NCBI RefSeq assembly: GCF_006345805.1
Contig: NC_042997.1
Location: 40,734,001 to 40,798,000, forward strand
Length of the DNA: 64,000 bases
Reading direction: 5' to 3'
From: Octopus sinensis
Lineage: Eukaryota
Position 1 is the stretch's first letter. Every line of letters starts with the position of its first letter. Below the pieces are notes generated by a model. The model searched no databases. It had not been told where the DNA came from and was given only the letters and a program-made list of their open reading frames with translations. Below, piece after piece: positions 49,834 through 62,347 of the stretch. The position numbers were made by a program, and so were the translations under genes.

Positions 49834-49876
49834 GCACACACACATGTATGAAGTAATTTATTAATATGTATCTATG

Positions 49877-49923
<47 letters not shown>

Positions 49924-50522
49924 TATATACATATATATATGTATGTGTTATTTACGTGTATGTATGTATATATATATATATATCTTTGTGTATGTATATG
50001 GAATAGAATTCTTGAGTAATGTATAGATTCCAATAACATTCCATGCAATGAAAACGTATTTCTTATTTCTTTCTCCAATTTATGTTGCAATATGACATAA
50101 AGTCGAAAACACAGAGCACATTTTCTCATTTACCTTTTTTGTCTCTACTCAAGAATCTCACCATAATTTCTAGTGCTATGCTAAAATTTGACAGAAGATC
50201 TAACTTGAAAGCTTTATTAACTTTCTTATTTTATTTTCCATGGTTTGGTAATGACAGCTTTAATTGAACAACAAAATAAACGTCAGATTGATGGATTAAA
50301 TATTTTGTGCAATATTCAATATTCCATTTTTTTTTATGCATTCTCAGTTCAAATAACATCGAAGTTAGTTTTACTCGTAAAAATAACAACAGTACATTTT
50401 TAATTCTATTAACTGACTATGCTTCTTCTAGAAATAATACCTGTGACAGTGCGTTTCTATTTATTGGTAAAACTCATCTACAAACACAGCCTTCTACCTA
50501 AACGAAATCATTATTTTTCCGT

Positions 50523-50895
50523 CAGGCGGCGAGCTGGCAGAATCGTTAGCGGCACTTCGTCTGTCTTTATGTTCTGAGTTCAAATTCTGCCGTAGATAAA
50601 ATAAGTACAAACTGAGTGCTGGGGTCGGTGTAATTAAATTAGCACCTCCCCGAAATTGCTGGCCTTGTGCCAAAATTTGAAACCATTATTGTCTTTCTGA
50701 AGGTGGTGTGCTGGCAGAATCTTTAGCGTGTTGCACACAATGCCTAGCAGCATTTCTTCTGGCTTTTTGCGTACTGAGTTCAAATTCCACCGAGACCGAC
50801 TTTTCGTTCATCATTTCGATGAATCGGGGTCGATGTAATCGACTTGCTCCTTCCCCCAAATTTTTCAAATCCTTCGCCTAGAGTAGAAATAATAA
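50523..50895 (+). mobile_element. Two adjacent internally deleted SINE family A copies
   Basis: Heads at about 50524 and 50700, each with gagttcaaatt. Confidence 0.7.
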
Positions 50896-51049
50896 TCATT
50901 ATTTACTTTTCATCTGCATGTTTGTTACAATCACTTGCCGAGTCACACCCAGCATCCTAGGGCGAGTGAAGGATAAGAGATGTTACAGTATGACTGAAAG
51001 CTTGAGGAGGGCAAGTGGCAAGGGCAGTAGTGAAATATCTTCATGTAAT

Positions 51050-52019
51050 ACAAGACACATTTAAATTGATTGGGTTTTTCTAAGGATGTGGGTAGTACTT
51101 GTCAGCACAATCTTTTGAGTTTCTCTACGGCATGGTTCTCCAGGGATATTATCTAAATGTTTCTGACATCCCTTTCTTATCATACCAAGAACACCCACAA
51201 TAATAGGAACAGTTCTCTCTTTAAGATGCCACATCTTTTGTATTTCTATTTCCAGGTCCTTATATTTACTTAATTTGTCAAATTTCTTTACAGATATATT
51301 TTTTTATCTGTGGGAACACTTACATCTATTAGTCTACAAGTATTTTCTTCCTTGTCTTTAATGACTATGTCTGGTCATTTAGCCTGGATCGTTCTGTCGG
51401 TGTTGACTGGAAAATCCCAGAGGATAGAGACATTTTTACCTTCAACGACTGGCTCAGTGTGATGTTCATACCAATAAGCAGGAGTGATGATTTTGTAGTG
51501 TTTCCATATTTTCCAATGTAAATACGGTCCTATCCTATCCTTGCGATTTTTGTATTCGCTTGGTGTCAGCACAGAACATCCCGAGACGAGATGGTGTATT
51601 GTTTCATCAAATATATAGCAGAATCTGAATTTAGGGTCAGAACCGTTTTGAAGAACGTTAGGACTGGTAGTTTTTACTAAGCAAGCTTTGGTCTTGTGCC
51701 GCTAATATGAAACGCTCAGTCTCTGCTTTCAACCCTGAGATTCTCAGCCATTGATGGGTTGTTGCTTGGTCTACATCAGCATTTCGGCTTCGAAGTATAT
51801 ACTGTCCATGCAGAGGCTTCTAGTTCCACCACTCCTCAATTTGTTTCTGACCGTTCTTTTTTGCAGTCTTTTTGATCCGTTTTGCTTTTTTTTTCGTGGC
51901 AACGGTTTCAGGTTCTTCATCTAATTCAGGGTTAATGCCAAATTCCCTTGAAAATCTGCAAGCTTCCTTGACAATAGAATTTGATTTTTTGCTACTTTCG
52001 TGTTTGCACATAAGCCGCA

Positions 52020-52020
<1 letters not shown>
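51050..52020 (-). mobile_element. R4/Dong LINE 3' portion (zinc knuckle plus RLE)
   Basis: KPLHGQY, ETIHHLVSGCSVL..EYKNR, LWDFPVNTDRTIQA, KLSKYKDLEIEIQKMW, QKIVLTSTTHILRK. Confidence 0.85.
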
Positions 52021-52073
<53 letters not shown>

Positions 52074-52074
52074 C

Positions 52075-52620
<546 letters not shown>

Positions 52621-53083
52621 GTATTATTATCAATTACTTTATTTCAAATTTGTCTGGAAGGTACATTTAATTTTGTCCATTTTTTTTTCAATTTTTTTTT
52701 TCAATTCTAAAACAGAACTAACTTTCATCAGCCAATCTACTGAAAGCATCTAATTACTTCACAATAAAAATTACTGCTGTTAAAATATTAAATATCATTT
52801 CCGAATTAAGTTACATTAAGTATTTGTGATTTTATGCAAAATTTTGTGTTTGCGAAATTGTTCGTGAATGTTTATACATAAGCATACGTGTGTGATTGTG
52901 TGTGTGCACGCGCGTATGTTTGTCTGCGTGTGTGTATGTTTGTGTGTGTGGGTGTACGTGTGTGTATGTTTGTGTGTGTGGGTGTGTGTGTGTGTGTGTG
53001 ACAATGATTTTGCGTGGAGAGAGAAAAAGACACTAAATAATTGATATTATACACACACGTGAATACACACACATACATACACA

Positions 53084-53118
<35 letters not shown>

Positions 53119-53204
53119 GTATATAGTATCATTTGAATTTTGAAGCCGAAGTAAATGCATAACACCAAGTAATTATAGATATCTGTATGTGTGCGTGTGT
53201 TTGA

Positions 53205-53248
<44 letters not shown>

Positions 53249-53443
53249 CAGTGTATGTGTGAGCGTCTGCAAGAATGTATTATACATGATGTGTTTGAGT
53301 TTATGTGTATCTATATATGAATAACATATGTATAAATAACACATATATTGCTAGAAATAAGAGTTAAAAGCATTAGAACTTCAACGAACCACATTTCCAT
53401 ATGCTGACAGGGGAGATAACTCTCAAAAGCGAAGCTAGATCAC

Positions 53444-53499
53444 TGGATTAGATTAGTTTCGCCTGTAGAATTACAGGCGCTTCAGCATCGACTAATCCA
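53444..53499 (-). ncRNA. Hammerhead-like motif
   Basis: tggattaGTC gatg CTGAAGC gcctgta-attc-tacaggc GAAA ctaatc; perfect 7-bp helix II, A9C change, ambiguous helix I. Confidence 0.4.
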
Positions 53500-53543
53500 T
53501 TGCCGAATAGTTTTGGCTAAATCCAGTCAGTATATATATGATG

Positions 53544-53586
<43 letters not shown>

Positions 53587-53611
53587 ATATGTTACATTAC
53601 TCGATAGTCAA

Positions 53612-53672
53612 GATAAAACTCTGAGTTTCAGATGCCGAAGTGGGAATCCACAACGCCATCTCTTCGGTTATC
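53612..53672 (-). ncRNA. Degenerate minimal type I hammerhead
   Basis: gataa CCGAAGA gatg..catc t GAAA ctc-a-gag TT ttatc; helices I, II and III all close, but U4C and H17=U. Confidence 0.5.
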
Positions 53673-54344
53673 TGGCTATTTGAAAACGCTATGAAAAAAT
53701 ACCGTTATACAAAGGGAAATTACTGTGTTATAACTCTATAAATGGATGGCTGACTAAGCGAAATGCTAATGTGAAAATTACAAAATAACGAGGACAGCTA
53801 TATGCAATATAATACCAAATAGGAAAAATTCAATCGTCACTGTATATATATATGTGTCGAAAATATAACATTATAACCCCTCAGTTTCTTCATTAGTGTA
53901 GAGGGTTTCTTTTCTGATTTATGAACTACTAACCGATAAACATGTATATCTGTGTGTGAGTATGTAATATATACATATATGCATGCATCGCATATACATA
54001 CAAATATATATGTGTGCGTGTGCACGCGCGCGTATGTGTGTGCGTGTACTAAAGTGATCCTCGATGATAAGCCGCCATTAAGCATCCTGCTGAACTGGGA
54101 ACATCAAATGCAGGTGAAACGTATGTAGGAGTGATTTTGACTTGTGTTTATCGTAATTTTTCCTATATTCACTCTGTATCCCACAATCAGTAATACGATT
54201 ATGTGTAGTAGTAGCTAAATCACTAAACTGGAAGCAGACCGGATGATGCTCAACTCAACAGTAGCAGTCGTACATTAATTTGCACATACGATATAAATAT
54301 ATATATATATATATATATTTAATTTATATATATATATATAAACT

Positions 54345-54628
54345 AAATTAGAGATAAAAACCACTATTACGCAAATCAAACAGTGAAAAACATAAACCAA
54401 AACATAAAATTAATATAATTAATATAATATATCAAAAATATAAAATTTAAAATTTAAAATATTAAATTTAAAATTTTTTATATTTATAAATTTATTTAAA
54501 TTTTTAAATTTTTTATATATTTTTAAAATTTAAATTTATAAATTTTACAACTTTTTTTGTTTATGTTTATGTTTTGGTTTATGTTTTTCACTGTTTGATT
54601 TGCCTAATAGTGGTTTTATCTCTAATTT
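54345..54628. mobile_element. MITE-like foldback with about 63-bp arms in (TA)n
   Basis: Arms 54345-54408 and 54566-54628 differ by one substitution and one indel; AT-only-like interior. Confidence 0.8.
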
Positions 54629-54716
54629 AATTTATATTTATATTGTGAAATTTGATTTAATCTTAAATCTAATTTTTCCCTGTAAGTTTGGATTTAATCC
54701 CTAATATTATTATTTA

Positions 54717-54759
<43 letters not shown>

Positions 54760-54812
54760 TCGTATATAGTGAAATCGACGAAAAGATAGAGTGAACCTAC
54801 GGTGAGTGAAGC

Positions 54813-54854
54813 GATTTCTAACGTTTCGGAAAACGTTATTCTTCAGGATAAATC
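54813..54854 (-). ncRNA. Degenerate minimal hammerhead
   Basis: gatttatc CTGAAGA ataacgttttcc GAAA cg TT agaaatc; palindromic AACGTT, weak helix II. Confidence 0.35.
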
Positions 54855-54995
54855 TGAGAGTGCAGAAATTAAAGAGAAGGGGCAAAAGTGGGCATATTTA
54901 CAACATATAAATTAGGAAAATTAGCTATATAAACATATATGTATGTGTATATACATATGTGTACATATGTGCATATATATATATATATATGTATA

Positions 54996-55091
<96 letters not shown>

Positions 55092-55124
55092 TATATGCAC
55101 ATATATAAACACGTATGGATATCT

Positions 55125-55163
<39 letters not shown>

Positions 55164-55511
55164 GTACATATATAAAAGTAAAGGTTCGTAACGGTTTAAA
55201 TATGTATATATATGTATGTGTGTGTATGTATATGTATAAGTATGTATATATACATACGCATGAATATATACATGCGTACCTACAGACATATCCATATACA
55301 TACATAGATGTATATATATGTGTGAGCGCGCATGTACGTGTGTGTGTGTGACTTTGTGCTTATCAGTGTATACTTGATTTAAATTTATCATTAGAATAGT
55401 TGTAACTCCAATAACTTGTTAAAGATTTTAAAAACTTTTTTATTGTTAGTACTATTTTACTATTATTATTATTATTATTATTATCATTATTATTATTATT
55501 ATCATTATTAC

Positions 55512-55586
<75 letters not shown>

Positions 55587-55608
55587 CATTATTGTTATTA
55601 TTATTATA

Positions 55609-55658
<50 letters not shown>

Positions 55659-56132
55659 TGTTGTTATTATTATCATTATCATTATTGTTATTATTATTAT
55701 TATTATTATTGTTGTTGTTGTTGTTATGTTAGCTAAAGGGAAAAACAAACTTATAAAAATAAATTAACTATTAATGGATAAGAAAAATTTAAAATAAATG
55801 TTATTATGCAAGAATCAGATTTGATCGGAGCAACAAATAAAATATAACTGAATGTAATTTTTGGAATGAAGATCGATATTGGTTTTTCAGACAAGGAATA
55901 CATTTACAGTTTTTATTGGAATTGTGCAGGCAAAGGTTTGGGTAGTCAGTAAGATATTACGTATTATTAAAAAAAAATAAATGAAGGAAAGAAGAAAAAT
56001 TCTCAAGAAATAATCTTATAAAAGCTTTCAAGATGCGTTGTAAATGCGCTGAAAAAATTATTTATTATAAAATATATAAAGAATTACAATTACGTTATTA
56101 TCATCATCATCATCATCATCACCACCATCGTC

Positions 56133-56166
<34 letters not shown>

Positions 56167-57479
56167 CCACCATCATCGTCATCATTACCATCATCATCGC
56201 CGTCGTCATTATTCTGTAATTTATTTTCATTGTGTACTTTCACTGCACAGCCAATTGCAAAAGTACGTTTTGAGTTTGTGAAACATTTTGTTTGTTTTCA
56301 GCCGAAACGTAGAGAAAGCATCAATCGGCATAAGGACACCGATCCGACTTATTTAAACCGTGTACATACCTATTCTCTCTTGTATAACATTGGGCAACCG
56401 GAAACAAGGTGGTTAATTGTTTCTTTCTAACCTCCATAAATTCTATAGTAACTTACTTTTAATATTTTACGATTCGGATTACTGGGCAATCTGGTTTTAA
56501 CAGGTATGCAACCAGTCCAATCTTAAAGGTCAGTTCGAATTAAATTAGGCATCGATCTTTTAAAGCTCTTAGTAGGTACAGTCTGTCGTCATCAGCTTCT
56601 GATGAAGCATATTTTCTATAGTCAATATCTGGTATCAAATCTTTCCATGCTTTTCAGTTTCTGCTTGATTATGTTTGATATCAGCACACGTATTAAGATT
56701 TTAGAAACTTTAACTAAATCAGCCACATTCAGTCCGCTCTTTAACAGCATAAGTAAGTAATATCTTATAGTACTGCTTCCAGATCTTCTTCATGGCTGAG
56801 TAATGTATGCCATCGCCTTTGTTCACCTCTAGCATGTTTTAGGCGCTATTTTGGCTTAACTATTTATCAAGGTCTACGTCTGCCGTGTCAGTGTTAAAGT
56901 TTATGACTGCCGTATCAATGTAAAGGTCTAGGTCTGCCACCTTCGACAGTTTTCTTTTTGTAAATATACCTTTGGCACACTTTGTCTCTTCCGAACTCCA
57001 TTTTTGACGTTGTCACTGAGTTTTGATATTGGTGAGTAAGCCGTGAGTAAGCCGTGAGTAAGCCTTTTTGCTGATACTTTACTTTTCTCGGGATAAACGC
57101 CTTATTATTTGTAAAGTTGAACAGTTGGTTCAGTTCATCATTTTGAGAGTTGAAGCCGTAGCTGCTGTTGATCTGTAGGTTACTGAGTTGTGTTAGTTTA
57201 AGGCAAAACATCAGTGATGATAGTGAGACACCGTGAGAAATTCCACATTTTATATTGATTATCCATCTGCTCAGTGTGGTTCAACGAATCTTCAAACTCT
57301 CCGTGATGAATTCGATAGTGATTGAATAAATTCTATAAAATTTGAGACTCTTTCATATTGAAGAACGGGACACGCTTTCAAACGCCTTCTTGTAGACGAT
57401 TCATATCATCAATAGTTTTGTTCTTTATTTCCTCGTTTGCAACATGACTTTATTGGGGAGGGCTTTTTTTTTCACCCTT

Positions 57480-57810
57480 TTCAAGCCTAGCCAGGCGCAT
57501 AGGCCCGGTTTCTGTGGCGTATGTGTTCCTCCCAATTGGACGGGACGCCAGTCTATCGCAGCGTTAAAAGCCTAGCTAGACTTCCCTGGGCCCAGTTTCC
57601 CAGTTTCAGTAGCGTAAGTGTTCCCCAGTTGGACGGGACGCCAGTCCATCGCAGCGTTACTCATTTTTGCCAGCTAAGTGGACTGGAGCAACGTGAAATG
57701 AAGTGTTTTGTTCTAAAACACAACGCGTCACCCGGTCTAGGAATCGAAACCACAATCTTACGATCATGCTGCTGACACCCTAACCACTAAGCCACGCGCC
57801 TCCACTTATT
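57480..57810 (-). mobile_element. SINE family D with an internal tandem duplication
   Basis: Head gtggaggcgcgtggcttagtggttaggg..gtttcgattcc; ttggacgggacgccagtc occurs twice about 92 bp apart. Confidence 0.8.
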
Positions 57811-58410
57811 GAGGAGTAGCTGCTGCTTATATCCATAGCTTCGTTTCACATCTTTTCTGCTTTTGTAACAGGTGGTATTGTTGAACAATCTATAGGACTT
57901 CTCAGTGATGAGAGAGATGATGATGTTGTATTGAGTATTGAATCTGTAATTTTTTGGGATGCTGCATTGTCTCTGTCTCTTAGGAGTAATACGCGGTACC
58001 TCATATAAGATATTCTATTCGAGGCATCCCTCTAGATTCTTGAAGCTCTTAGTTACATCCTATCATTAACTGCTGGTGCATATTCTTTATTGTTAGCATA
58101 TTGCTTGTCTTGGTGTCCTGCCTTTTGATGCCATTCAGTTTCTGGTGCATGACCTGAGATTACATCATTGTAAGGTCACGAGGGGTATCTTCGTAGAGTC
58201 TGAGTAATTTCTTGGAACAGAAGTTAGCAACTCCATGTGTTCCCGTGTATTCACGCTGTCTTCCAGTTGTTGGTCTTGATGAAAGCAACAGACACATCGT
58301 AGGTGTTGAAATGTAACCATTTCTTTCTTCTCAATGCGTTTATGTTGATCCTGTTATTACTACATCTGTGTAACTCCCTCATTGTGTATTTTGTTGCTTT
58401 CTCAGATCTT

Positions 58411-58819
58411 TTCAATTCAATTCAATTCAACTTTTATTGGCTCAAAAAGCAAAAGCAAGGCCATGTAGGGGGACAGGTAGTTATGTACAGGGAGGGTGGT
58501 CATACAGGCCATTTCTGGTCAAGAGAGACTTTGAACCGAGCGGTCGTCGGCATCTTCACTATCTCGTCCGGCAGCTTATTCCACGGATCCGCAACCCGGA
58601 CGGGGAAAGCCCCTCTCCTTCGATTGAGATGAAATCGTTGCAGATAGAGCTTTTCGGAGTGACCCCGCAGCCCACGCTCTAGAGCAGGAGTGAAGAACAG
58701 CTCTTTCGAGACGTTACGCTTTCCGCTTATGATGTTGTGAGCGAGAATGAGGTCACCACGGCGTCGTCGTTTTTCTAGAGAAAAAAGATCGAGCGTCTTC
58801 AGCTTTTCTTCATAAAGAA
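58411..58819 (-). mobile_element. CR1 3' fragment with (TTGAA)n tail and 7-bp TSD
   Basis: YEE.LKTLDLFSLEKRRRRGDLI...WNKLPDEIV; AGATCTT at 58404-58410 and 58820-58826. Confidence 0.85.
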
Positions 58820-59069
58820 AGATCTTACTAAAGAACTCCTAGATTTCTTCGACAGTGGGTAATTCGTTAATGAGTATCTTCTTTTTGTCAAACTCATGGT
58901 AGAATTTCTTGGTATTTTCTTTTAAGGAGGTCGTTTTGCCTGGTAAATTCGCTACTCTTGTCGAATCCGCAGAGTCTTTGTTCTTTTGCTCATGGGTTTT
59001 GCTTCAGTGTTTCATTATCTGTTGGTATATTACCCTTCTGTCTTGATAATGAGCTTTTGCTCCAGCAAT

Positions 59070-59446
59070 TACCCACTGTCGAAAAAATCTAGGAGTTCTT
59101 TAATAAGATCTTTCTTTATGAAGAAAGGTTAAAGACGCTCACCTTTATTCTCTCGAAAAACGACGACGCCGTGGTGATCTCATTCTCGCTCACATCATAA
59201 GCGGAAAGTGTAACGTCTCGAAAGAGCTGTTCTTCACTCCTGCTCCAGAGCGTGGGCTGCGGGGTCACTCCGAAAAGCTCTATCTGCGACGATTTCATCT
59301 CAATCGAAGGAGAGGGGCTTTCCCCGTCCGGGTTGCGGATCCGTGGAATAAGCTGCCGGACGAGATAGTGAAGATGCCGACGACCGCTCGGTTCAAAGTC
59401 TCTCTTGACCAGAAATGGCCAGTATGACCACCCTCCCTGTACATAA
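59070..59446 (+). repeat. Inverted local copy of 58479-58864 flanked by a 16-bp direct repeat
   Basis: cttttgctccagcaat at 59054-59069 and 59447-59462; the copy spans the Dong/CR1 junction. Confidence 0.88.
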
Positions 59447-59717
59447 CTTTTGCTCCAGCAATCTTCTCTTTCTCTCTTTGCTGCTGGAAATTTTTCAGAC
59501 ATCACTTAGATATATTAGATTTCCTCGCAGTTTCCTGTTGGTTTTTTTTTTCCTTGATTTTCTCTTTCCAAATTGGTTGTTTCCTTTTTAATGTTGTTGT
59601 CTTGGTTTTTCATCTAAAGTGTCTCCAATACATGAAACGTTTGCGTTCCATCCAGTCTTTGATGTTTCGTTGGTTGGTCTAATGACTACTGTCAAGTGGT
59701 AATCTTTCTTCAACTTT

Positions 59718-60060
<343 letters not shown>

Positions 60061-60064
60061 TTTT

Positions 60065-60598
60065 TTCTTCTTTCAAATTTGCTTCCATTTCTTGCCGAGT
60101 GTCTTCCCGACTCCTAGGGCAAAGAAACTCATAGTATACATTGGTAGGCCATTAAACCAAACTCAGTAGTTCGTTCATTTTTTTTTTTTAAAGTTAAATT
60201 AGAATACATGAGCAGCAACAGTTCTCACATCGACAATGCTCTTCTCAATACGTGTGATGTACCAGTTAAGACAATCTTTTGCACTTCTTGCAGGGATGGT
60301 AAGCCAGGGATCATTCTCATATATTTTTTTTTCGGTTCCCTTCTTGATCATTCCTAGTGCTCCTACGATCACTGGTATTGTAACCGCCTTGAGATGTCAC
60401 ATTTTCTCAATTTCAATGAGTAGGTCTTTATATTTTCTGAGCTTGTCAAACTCTTTCGCTGAGATATTATGATCACAGGGGATGCTCATGTCGATCAATA
60501 AGCAAACTTTATTGTTTTGGTCTTTCACAACAATATCTGGTTTATTGGCCTTGATGGTTCGGTCTGTATGTACTGGAAAGTCCCAGTACATACAGACC
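60065..60598 (-). mobile_element. R4/Dong LINE 3' end
   Basis: WDFPVHTDRTIKANKPDIVVKDQNNKVCLLIDMSIPCDHNISAKEFDKLRKYKDLLIEIEKM. Confidence 0.88.
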
Positions 60599-60599
60599 A

Positions 60600-60636
<37 letters not shown>

Positions 60637-60679
60637 GTTATTTTTATTATTATTATCATCATCATCATTATTATTATTA

Positions 60680-61034
60680 TTCTATGTTTGACTTTTGCTT
60701 TACATTTGTACAAGTTGGCTCCAAGTCTCACCCAGAGACCTCAAGAGACAACAGGTTGGAAGTTCATGTTGTTGTTATGCCTAGTGTGCCATATATTTGG
60801 TTTTGTATTTAGTGTTGTACTAGTGGATGTCTATAAAAAAAAAAAAATTTTAATTATGTTTGTTTTAAAACTTGAGATTACATAGAAAGTATTTTGCGTA
60901 CGATATAAGCAGTTCCCATGAGCACTATCTTTTGAATTTCTGCCATTTTGGGGTTTCCTGGTATCTGTGTTAGGTAGCAATCAGCCCCTTTTGCTATCAT
61001 TTCCAGGGCATCTATGACAACAGGTATTGTTTTA

Positions 61035-61035
<1 letters not shown>
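60680..61035 (-). mobile_element. R4/Dong LINE 3' end, second subfamily
   Basis: TIPVVIDALEMIAK...QIPGNPKMAEIQKIVLMGTA.I.RKILSM* plus UTR to the (TAA)n tail. Confidence 0.85.
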
Positions 61036-61067
<32 letters not shown>

Positions 61068-61069
<2 letters not shown>

Positions 61070-61285
61070 GGCGGTGAGCTGGCAGAATCGTTAGTACGCT
61101 GGACGAAATGCGTACTGGTATTTCGCCCATCGCAACGTTTTGAGCTCAAATTCCGCCGAGGTCGACTTTACTTTTCATCCTTTCGGGGTCGATAAAATAA
61201 GTACCAGTTGAGTACTGGGATCGATGTAATCGATTCATCCACTCCCCCCAAAATTGCTGCCCTTGTGGCAAAATTTGAAACCGTT
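61068..61285 (+). mobile_element. SINE family A
   Basis: ggcggtgagctggcagaatcgttag...gagctcaaattcc...gcaaaatttgaaacc. Confidence 0.85.
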
Positions 61286-61289
61286 ATTA

Positions 61290-61480
61290 TTATATGAAAA
61301 CTCACAGCTTATTTTGCTGGGTATGATGGAAAGTGTCAGCTGTCCACAGCCAGCAGACTCAGGTGACACTTGTTCACTGGTCATGCTTCAAGAACCCTGC
61401 GAAGAATTTTGGCAGTTCCAAGCATTGCTAATTTTTGTAGGTGTGCTACCTTCACACTTGCACCTATCTTTTTCAACCAT
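61290..61480 (-). mobile_element. R4/Dong LINE extreme 3' end, third subfamily
   Basis: WLKKIGASVKVAHLQKLAMLGTAKILRRVLEA*. Confidence 0.75.
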
Positions 61481-61496
61481 GTTGTTTTTGTTGTTG

Positions 61497-61542
<46 letters not shown>

Positions 61543-61685
61543 GGCCGCCATACTGTGAAGTCACGGAAATTTGGTGCTCCGAAAGTTGAAAAAGTGTCTG
61601 TAATATTTTCGGCCTTCTAAGCCCCCGTCTTTTCCTTTCTGTTGTTACCATTACACTTCTGAGATTGTCTGGATTGCGCAGATAG

Positions 61686-61805
<120 letters not shown>

Positions 61806-61899
61806 GTAGAAATAACCCCCTATTTAGCAGGGGATGTACATAAATAATTTTTGAATTTTAACTGCTTTCGGCAAAAACAAATATTTCGCAATTTTCTGT

Positions 61900-62090
61900 A
61901 ATTTCTTAATGATGGCTGATAAAGAAGCCATCATAATGTTGGACAAAGAAACGCGCTTCTTGTCGGGAGAAACTGAGAATAAGGAAAAAATTGAGAATAT
62001 CAATTTCGAATGGCCTAAACTTAATGACGTTACAGAGGCGAAAATTGTTTCGTCTCTAAGCAACGCCAAAACGATCGGTGTCGACAAAGT
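61900..62090 (+). mobile_element. Probable LINE ORF2 pre-RT fragment
   Basis: VTEAKIVSSLSNAKTIGVDKV resembles EVxKIIxSLKNxKxxGxDxI. Confidence 0.4.
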
Positions 62091-62152
62091 GAACAACAAC
62101 AGCAACAGCAGCAGCAGTGAGAGCAACAACAAGAATAACAGCAGCAGCAGCA

Positions 62153-62347
62153 GGAGGCGCAATAGCCCAATGGTCAGGGCAGCGGACTCGCGGTCGGAGG
62201 ATCGCGGTTTCGATTCCCAGACCGGGCGTTGTGTGTGTTTATTGAGCGAAAACACCTAAATCTCCACGAGGCTCCAACAGGGGGGGGCGACCCCTGTTGT
62301 ACTCTTTCACCCCAACTTTCTCTCACTCTTTCTTCCTGTTTCTTGTC
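62153..62347 (+). mobile_element. tRNA-derived SINE family E, 5' half
   Basis: A-box-like tagcccaatggtcagg and B-box-like gtttcgattccc, followed by gtgtttattgagcgaaaacacc. Confidence 0.75.

Larger units (their letters stand above)
56240..59717 (-). mobile_element. Old R4/Dong LINE (pre-RT and RT) split by three later events
   Basis: KQPIWKEKI, NTKKFYHEFDKKKILINELPTVEEI, KI*ESNKIHNE, IKTNNWK, YGYKQQLLLNK, IKCGISHGVSLSSLMFCL, MEFGRDK, ADDDRLYL. Confidence 0.75.

Noticed and set aside
55890-55950. ttttcag...gtaag bounded 58-nt segment
   Set aside because: Chance splice-like pair with no supporting homology.
57032-57064. Triple 11-mer gtgagtaagcc
   Set aside because: Local slippage inside a dead LINE.
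62153-62230. tRNA gene
   Set aside because: A and B boxes are present but there is no cloverleaf or terminator; it is a SINE head, as are the other tRNA-like sequences.
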